A stretch of 64,000 nucleotides of DNA from an uncultured Candidatus Rokubacteria bacterium (GTDB lineage: Bacteria; Methylomirabilota; Methylomirabilia; Rokubacteriales; CSP1-6). The translations under genes were made by a program, and so were the position numbers. Every line of letters begins with the position of its first letter. Positions within the stretch are counted from its first letter, which is position 1. Positions 57,836 to 64,000 of this stretch are shown piece after piece. Location of the stretch: positions 96,001-160,000 of the forward strand of contig CAVVEU010000014.1 of the NCBI GenBank assembly GCA_963747235.1. Direction: 5' to 3'. A model generated the notes under the pieces. It saw only the letters and a program-made list of their open reading frames with translations. It was not told the DNA's origin and did no database searches.

Positions 57836-58807
57836 TCAGTGCCCCCTGGCCTCCCCGAAGCCGTCGGAGCCCTGCAGGCGCTCCGCGGTGCCCGGGATGA
57901 ACCGGCGCTCCAGCTCCTGGAAATGTGAGACCCGGGCCATCACGTGGTGGCTCTCGGTGGGATGGCCCGCCTTCAGCCGCTCGAGCGTCCACTGGGCCTG
58001 CTCCTCGTTCTTCACCAGCTCCTGCATGAAGTTCCACACCGAGTGCATCGCGGCGTGGGCCCCGAACAGCGTGATGAAGATGAAGCGATAGCCGAGCTCG
58101 CCGAGCTCCCGGAAGGTGAGCGGATTGTCGTCCTTGTGCCAGCGGAACGACGAGGAGTAGTTGAAGGCGAGCGGCAGGTTCGGATGGGTCTCCTTCATGG
58201 CGCGCGCGAACTCGATCGCGGGCCCCCGGTCCGAGTTCGACAGCTCGGCCCAGACGAGATCCACGCCCGCGTCGGCGTAGGCCCGGCCGCGCCAGATCGC
58301 CTCCTCCATGCTCCCGCCCACCGCCCCGTAGGCGTCGGTGCGCGCGATGACCACGAAGTCGCGGTCGAGCCGGTCGCGCTCCGCGAGGGCGGACCGGTAC
58401 TTGCCGAGCGCTTCCTCGCGCGACACGATCGTCTTCCCCGCGATGTGGCCGCAGCGCTTCGGGAAGCGCTGGTCCTCGAGGTGGATGCCCGCCACCCCGG
58501 TCTTCACGAACTCCTGCACCGTGCGCATCGTCGAGAGCGCGTTGCCGTAGCCGTCGTCGGCGTCCGCGATGATCGGCACCTCGACCGCGCTGGCCACCAT
58601 CGACGCCGCCTTCGTCACCTCGGTCATGGTGAGGAAGCCCATGTCGGGCCAGCCGTTGAGCATGGCCAGCGAGTAGCCGCTCAGGTAGATGGACTTCATG
58701 CCGGCCTGCTCGGCGATCTGGGCGTCGAGCGGCGAGTAGATGCCGCCGGTGAAGAGATAGGGCTCATCCTGCAGCAGCCGGCGGAACGTCTTTCCCTTGG
58801 ACTCCAT
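57836..58807 (-). CDS. Isocitrate lyase / PEP mutase family enzyme (short ICL-like)
   Basis: IADADDGYG, HLEDQ..KRCGH, ARTD, AFNYSSSFRW, LGYRFIFITL. Confidence 0.88.
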   Translation of the reverse strand: MESKGKTFRRLLQDEPYLFTGGIYSPLDAQIAEQAGMKSIYLSGYSLAMLNGWPDMGFLTMTEVTKAASMVASAVEVPIIADADDGYGNALSTMRTVQEFVKTGVAGIHLEDQRFPKRCGHIAGKTIVSREEALGKYRSALAERDRLDRDFVVIARTDAYGAVGGSMEEAIWRGRAYADAGVDLVWAELSNSDRGPAIEFARAMKETHPNLPLAFNYSSSFRWHKDDNPLTFRELGELGYRFIFITLFGAHAAMHSVWNFMQELVKNEEQAQWTLERLKAGHPTESHHVMARVSHFQELERRFIPGTAERLQGSDGFGEARGH

Positions 58808-58882
58808 CGTGACGCCTCCCTCGGAGCGATCGCGCCGGCGCCATGGCGAGCGCGCGCCGGCGGCAATAGGTGTCGGAACGGA

Positions 58883-59056
58883 TCAGGCCTGGGCGGCCCA
58901 GGGCAATTCCAGCAAGCTCTCGGCGCAGGCCGAGCAGTAGCTGGCGGACTCGAGCTCATACGAGCACGCGGGGCAGCACGCGGCCCCACACGCGATACAG
59001 CCTAGGTGGTTGAACGAGAACTGGACGTCGGTTCCGCAGCGGCACTGAGCCCCCAT
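58883..59056 (-). CDS. Small Cys-rich (zinc-finger-like) protein
   Basis: CRC, CIAC, CCPAC and CSAC in 57 aa; AGGAGG SD upstream. Confidence 0.75.
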   Translation of the reverse strand: MGAQCRCGTDVQFSFNHLGCIACGAACCPACSYELESASYCSACAESLLELPWAAQA

Positions 59057-59093
59057 TGGCTCCTCCTTGAGCACGAGATGCTCTCGGATGGAG

Positions 59094-59108
59094 ACAAGAA
59101 GCGTTCCA
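59094..59108 (-). promoter_or_regulatory. Putative sigma-54 (-24/-12) promoter
   Basis: TGGAAC-N5-TTGT versus consensus TGGCAC-N5-TTGC. Confidence 0.45.
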
Positions 59109-59264
59109 GGGCTCAGAACGACCGGAACTAGCTGATTAGGCTACCTGTATGCAAAGCGACGACACAGCAAAAGAGACACGTATGACTCACTCCAAGTGGG
59201 GATATTTCTGCGTAGTCTAGCTGTAAGAGATTGATCTGGATGGAGTTTTCGTACATGATCCAGA

Positions 59265-59295
59265 ATGAGTCTTCAATGACTCATATATGAGTCAT
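59265..59295. promoter_or_regulatory. Overlapping palindromes, putative enhancer (UAS)
   Basis: Perfect 20-bp ATGACTCATATATGAGTCAT plus ATGAGTC-N6-GACTCAT in an AT-rich spacer. Confidence 0.6.
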
Positions 59296-60648
<1,353 letters not shown>

Positions 60649-60656
60649 CTGCCCGG

Positions 60657-62018
60657 CTAGAAGGGCTGGGCCTCCGGGCGCTTGGCGAGGCGCTCGAAGG
60701 AGGCGTACTCGGGGATGAACGTGACCTGGACCTTGCCGGTGGGCCCGTTGCGCTGCTTGCCGATGATCACGTCGGCCACCCGGTCCCCGTCCTCCGACTG
60801 CAGGCCGTACCGCTCGGGCCGGTAGAGGAAGAGGATGACGTCGGCGTCCTGCTCCAGCGCGCCCGACTCGCGCAGGTCCGAGAGCTGCGGCTCCTTGCGC
60901 TCGCGGGTCTCCACCGCGCGGGAGAGCTGCGACAGCGCGACCACCGGCACGTACAGCTCCTTGGCGAGGGCCTTGAGCGAGCGCGAGATGTCCGAGATCT
61001 CCTGCTGGCGGTTCTCCTGCTGGTGGCGGCCGCGCATGAGCTGGAGATAGTCGATGACGATCAGGTCGAGGCCGTGCTCCGCCTTCATGCGCCGCGCCTT
61101 GGCGCGCGCTTCGAGCACGGTGAGCGCGGGCGAGTCGTCGATGTAGACCGGCGCCTCCGCGAGCCGCCCCGCCGCATTGGTGAGGCGCGTCCAGTCGCGC
61201 GGGTCGAGATAGCCGGTGCGCACCTTGTGGGAATCCACCTTGGCCTCCGCGCACAGCAGCCGCTGCACGAGCTGCTCCTTGGACATCTCGAGGCTCAGCA
61301 CCAGCACCCGCTTGTGGTCCTCGACCCCCGCGAACTTGGCGATGTTCAGCGCGAAGGCGGTCTTGCCCATGGAGGGCCGGCCCGCGATGATGATGAAGTC
61401 GCTGGGCTGGAAGCCCGAGGTCATGCGGTCGAGGTCGTCGAAGCCGGTGGCGAGCCCGGTGATGTGCTCCTTGCGGTCGTACAGCTTCTCGATGTGCTCG
61501 AAGGTGTCCTTCAGGATGGCCCGCACCGGGAAGGCCGAGCCCTGCATGCGCCGCTCGGAGATCTGGAAGATCAGCCGCTCCGCGTCGTCGAGCAGCTTGT
61601 CCACGTCGTCGCGGGCCTCGTAGCTCTGCCCGATGATCTCGGTGGCGATGCGGATGAGGTCGCGCAGGAGCGCCTTCTCCCGCACGATCGCCCCGTAGGA
61701 CAGCAGGTGGGCCGCGGTCGCCGCCTCCTCGACCAGGCTCGCGAGGGCGGCCGCGCCGCCCACCTCTTCCAGGGTCGCGCGACGCTTCAGCTCCTCCGAC
61801 ACGGTGAGCAGGTCCACCGGCTCGTTGCGCTCGAAGAGCGCGAGGGTGGCGTCGAAGATCTTGCGGTGCCCTTCCTTGTAGAAGTCGGCGGGCTTGAGGA
61901 GCTCGATGGCCTTGGGCAGGCTCTCCCGCTCCAGCAGAATCGCCCCCAGCACGGCCCGCTCGGCCTCCAGGCTGTGGGGCGGGATCTTGGAGGTCAGCAG
62001 GTCGGTGAGGGTGGCCAC
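60657..62018 (-). CDS. dnaB: Replicative DNA helicase
   Basis: GRPSMGKT, IDYLQL, SQLSR, LRESGALEQDAD, KQRNGP. Confidence 0.97.
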   Translation of the reverse strand: MATLTDLLTSKIPPHSLEAERAVLGAILLERESLPKAIELLKPADFYKEGHRKIFDATLALFERNEPVDLLTVSEELKRRATLEEVGGAAALASLVEEAATAAHLLSYGAIVREKALLRDLIRIATEIIGQSYEARDDVDKLLDDAERLIFQISERRMQGSAFPVRAILKDTFEHIEKLYDRKEHITGLATGFDDLDRMTSGFQPSDFIIIAGRPSMGKTAFALNIAKFAGVEDHKRVLVLSLEMSKEQLVQRLLCAEAKVDSHKVRTGYLDPRDWTRLTNAAGRLAEAPVYIDDSPALTVLEARAKARRMKAEHGLDLIVIDYLQLMRGRHQQENRQQEISDISRSLKALAKELYVPVVALSQLSRAVETRERKEPQLSDLRESGALEQDADVILFLYRPERYGLQSEDGDRVADVIIGKQRNGPTGKVQVTFIPEYASFERLAKRPEAQPF

Positions 62019-62020
62019 CG

Positions 62021-62464
62021 CTACTCCCGGGTCACGGACACCTTCAACTGGGCGGTGACGTCGTGATGCAGGCGCACCGGCACCGAGAACTCGCCGAGCG
62101 TCTTGATCGGCTCGTCGAGCGCGATGCGGCGTCGCTCGACCTCGATGCCGTGCTGCGAGAGGAAGCTCGCGAGATCGGCGCGACCCACCGAGCCGAAGAG
62201 CCGGCCCTCGTCGGAGGCCTGCCGGCGCTGGGCGAAGTGCAGGGCCTCGATGGCCTGGGCCTGGCTCTGCGCGTCCGCGTGGAGCTTCGCCGCCTGCGCG
62301 TTCTGGCGCGCCTTGATCTGCTCGATGTTCTTGAGGTTCGCCGGGGTGGCGTGCAGGGCGAGCTTCTGGGGCAGCAGGAAGTTGCGCGCGTAGCCGTCGG
62401 AGACGTCGCGGACCTCGCCGCGTCGGCCCAGGGTCGGCACGTCGTCCATCAAGATGATCTTCAT
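62021..62464 (-). CDS. rplI: 50S ribosomal protein L9
   Basis: LGRRGEVRDVSDGYARNFLLP, GRLFGSV. Confidence 0.97.
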   Translation of the reverse strand: MKIILMDDVPTLGRRGEVRDVSDGYARNFLLPQKLALHATPANLKNIEQIKARQNAQAAKLHADAQSQAQAIEALHFAQRRQASDEGRLFGSVGRADLASFLSQHGIEVERRRIALDEPIKTLGEFSVPVRLHHDVTAQLKVSVTRE

Positions 62465-62485
62465 GGCAAGATGATCTTCATGGCG

Positions 62486-62731
62486 TCACTCGGCGGTCTG
62501 GGCGAGCAGGGCCACCGTGCGCGCGCGGCGGACGGCGCGGGTGAGCTGCCGCTGATGGCGGGCGCAGCTCCCCGAGATGCGACGCGGGGTGATCTTGCCG
62601 CGCTCCGAGACGAAGTTGCGGAGCCGGCGAATATCCTTGTAGTCGACGAGGCTGACCCGGTCGACGCAGAACTTGCAAACCTTGCGGCGACCGAACCGAC
62701 GCCGCTTGACGGGCTTTCCACCTGGCGGAAT
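62486..62731 (-). CDS. rpsR: 30S ribosomal protein S18 (ATT start; missed by the ORF track)
   Basis: [19 protein letters not shown]...[20 protein letters not shown]; AGGAGG-8 nt-ATT. Confidence 0.93.
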   Translation of the reverse strand: MPPGGKPVKRRRFGRRKVCKFCVDRVSLVDYKDIRRLRNFVSERGKITPRRISGSCARHQRQLTRAVRRARTVALLAQTAE

Positions 62732-62776
62732 GGCTTGTTCCTCCTCTCGGAACGGGACTGCTTGGAACGGGACTGG

Positions 62777-63193
62777 CTAGAACGGCACCTCGTCGTCGGC
62801 TTCACCGGCGCCCGCCTCGACCGGCTCGGGCACCCCGCCGGGCGCGGAGGCGGCGGCGGACTTGCTGCGTCCCATGAACTGCACCCGCTCCGCGACGACC
62901 TCGACGACGCTGCGCTTCTGGCCGTCCTTCGTTTCCCAGTCGCGAGTCTGCAGCCGTCCCTCGACCATGATCGGGCTGCCCTTGTCGAGGTACTCGCCGC
63001 AGCTCTCGGCCTGCTTGCCCCACACGACCACGGTGAGGAAGCAGGTCTCTTCGCGCTTCTCCCCACCCTGCGTGGTGTAGTTCCGGTTGACGGCGAGCCG
63101 GAGATCGGCCACCGCGGTGCCGCTCGGCGTGTACCGCAGCTCCGGAGTCCGCGTCAGATTGCCGATCAGGAATACTCGGTTCAGGTTCGCCAT
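62777..63193 (-). CDS. ssb: Single-stranded DNA-binding protein
   Basis: LNRVFLIGNLTRTPELRYTP, C-terminal DDEVPF. Confidence 0.97.
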   Translation of the reverse strand: MANLNRVFLIGNLTRTPELRYTPSGTAVADLRLAVNRNYTTQGGEKREETCFLTVVVWGKQAESCGEYLDKGSPIMVEGRLQTRDWETKDGQKRSVVEVVAERVQFMGRSKSAAASAPGGVPEPVEAGAGEADDEVPF

Positions 63194-63537
63194 CAGACGA
63201 CCTCCTCCACTGCCGGAGCCGGCGGCTTCGGCGCCGTCCGGACCCGCTTGGGCGCCGGAACGCGGGTCGTGAAATACCGGAGGACCTGCTCGTTGAGCTT
63301 CAGCTGGCGTTCGAACTCCTTGATGGTGGCCGGCTCCGCCTTGGACTCGAGGACCGCGTAGGTGCCCTCGCGCTGCTTGCGCATGTCGTAGGCCAGCCGC
63401 CGCTTGCCCCAGCTCTCCGCCTTGCCGATTTCACCGCCGAGCGTCTTGAGCGTCTCCTGCACCTTGGTGAGGAGCGCGGCCACTTCTTCCTCGTTCAGCC
63501 GGGGATCCAGGATCAGTAGGGTCTCGTACGGGTACAA
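63193..63537 (-). CDS. rpsF: 30S ribosomal protein S6
   Basis: YETLLILDP, WGKRRLAY; TTG start with strong SD. Confidence 0.95.
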   Translation of the reverse strand: MYPYETLLILDPRLNEEEVAALLTKVQETLKTLGGEIGKAESWGKRRLAYDMRKQREGTYAVLESKAEPATIKEFERQLKLNEQVLRYFTTRVPAPKRVRTAPKPPAPAVEEVV

Positions 63538-63587
63538 ATACTCACCTCCTCGCCAGTTTCGCTAAGTTTCGCTATTTGAAGCGCTTA

Positions 63588-63616
63588 ACGTTACCAGAGC
63601 CTGCCGTGAAAGACAA
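63588..63616 (-). promoter_or_regulatory. Promoter of the rpsF operon
   Basis: TTGTCT-17-TAACGT with a TGn extension. Confidence 0.55.
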
Positions 63617-63644
63617 CCTCGGTCAAGAGTGCACAAAAGAGTAC

Positions 63645-63670
63645 GGCCCTTGCCGTCGCCGGCAAGGGCC
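63645..63670 (-). terminator. Terminator hairpin after groL
   Basis: GGCCCTTGCCG...CGGCAAGGGCC followed by a T-rich tract on the minus strand. Confidence 0.65.
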
Positions 63671-63701
63671 GCCCTCCCGCACCCGGCCGCTCTCGCCGGG
63701 T

Positions 63702-64000
63702 CTAGAAGTCCCCGTGAGGCATCGGCGGGGCCGACGCCGGCTTGTCCTCGGGCAGGTCGGTGATCAGCGCCTCCGTCGTCAGCAGCAGCGAGGCCACCGA
63801 CGCCGCGTTCTGCAGCGCCACCCGCTCCACCTTGGTGGGGTCGATGATACCGGCCTGGATCATGTCCACGAACTCGAGCGACTCCGCGTCGAAGCCGCGG
63901 GTCACCACCTTCTCGGCCTTGACCTTCTCCACGATCACGCTGCCCTCGAGCCCCGCGTTCTCCACGATCTGGCGGATGGGCTCCTCGAGCGCGCGCTTGA
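63702..64000 (-). CDS. groL: Chaperonin GroEL, C-terminal part
   Basis: [33 protein letters not shown]. Confidence 0.96.
   Translation of the reverse strand, partial: KRALEEPIRQIVENAGLEGSVIVEKVKAEKVVTRGFDAESLEFVDMIQAGIIDPTKVERVALQNAASVASLLLTTEALITDLPEDKPASAPPMPHGDF

Overview
High-GC (~70% by eye) bacterial chromosome segment, mostly on the minus strand. Gene content and style suggest Ca. Rokubacteria/Methylomirabilota (inference). Most of it is core housekeeping: nuoA-F with lipA, DAHP synthase, tRNA-Leu(GAG), a peptide ABC transporter, gap-pgk-tpiA-secG, rplU-rpmA-obgE-proBA-nadD-rsfS, mreBCD-mrdA-rodA-rng, and rpsF-ssb-rpsR-rplI-dnaB after the end of groL. Many essential genes carry single-base frameshifts typical of unpolished long reads. 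The most interesting signals are ones the ORF track misses: (1) a structured element facing two cold-shock genes that is antisense to about 45 nt of the 16S rRNA 3' end (helix 45 plus anti-SD) and carries a 13-aa ORF; (2) a probably leaderless uORF ending in the RAPP arrest motif directly upstream of tatA; (3) a palindromic ~55-90 bp repeat found three times, twice inserted inside protein-coding genes; (4) a selenocysteine peroxiredoxin with an in-frame UGA and a SECIS-like hairpin; (5) a giant LamG/Ig-repeat copper-radical oxidase next to an orphan T2SS secretin; (6) a Rossmann-domain sigma-54 activator with a palindromic enhancer candidate upstream of a tiny Cys-rich gene.
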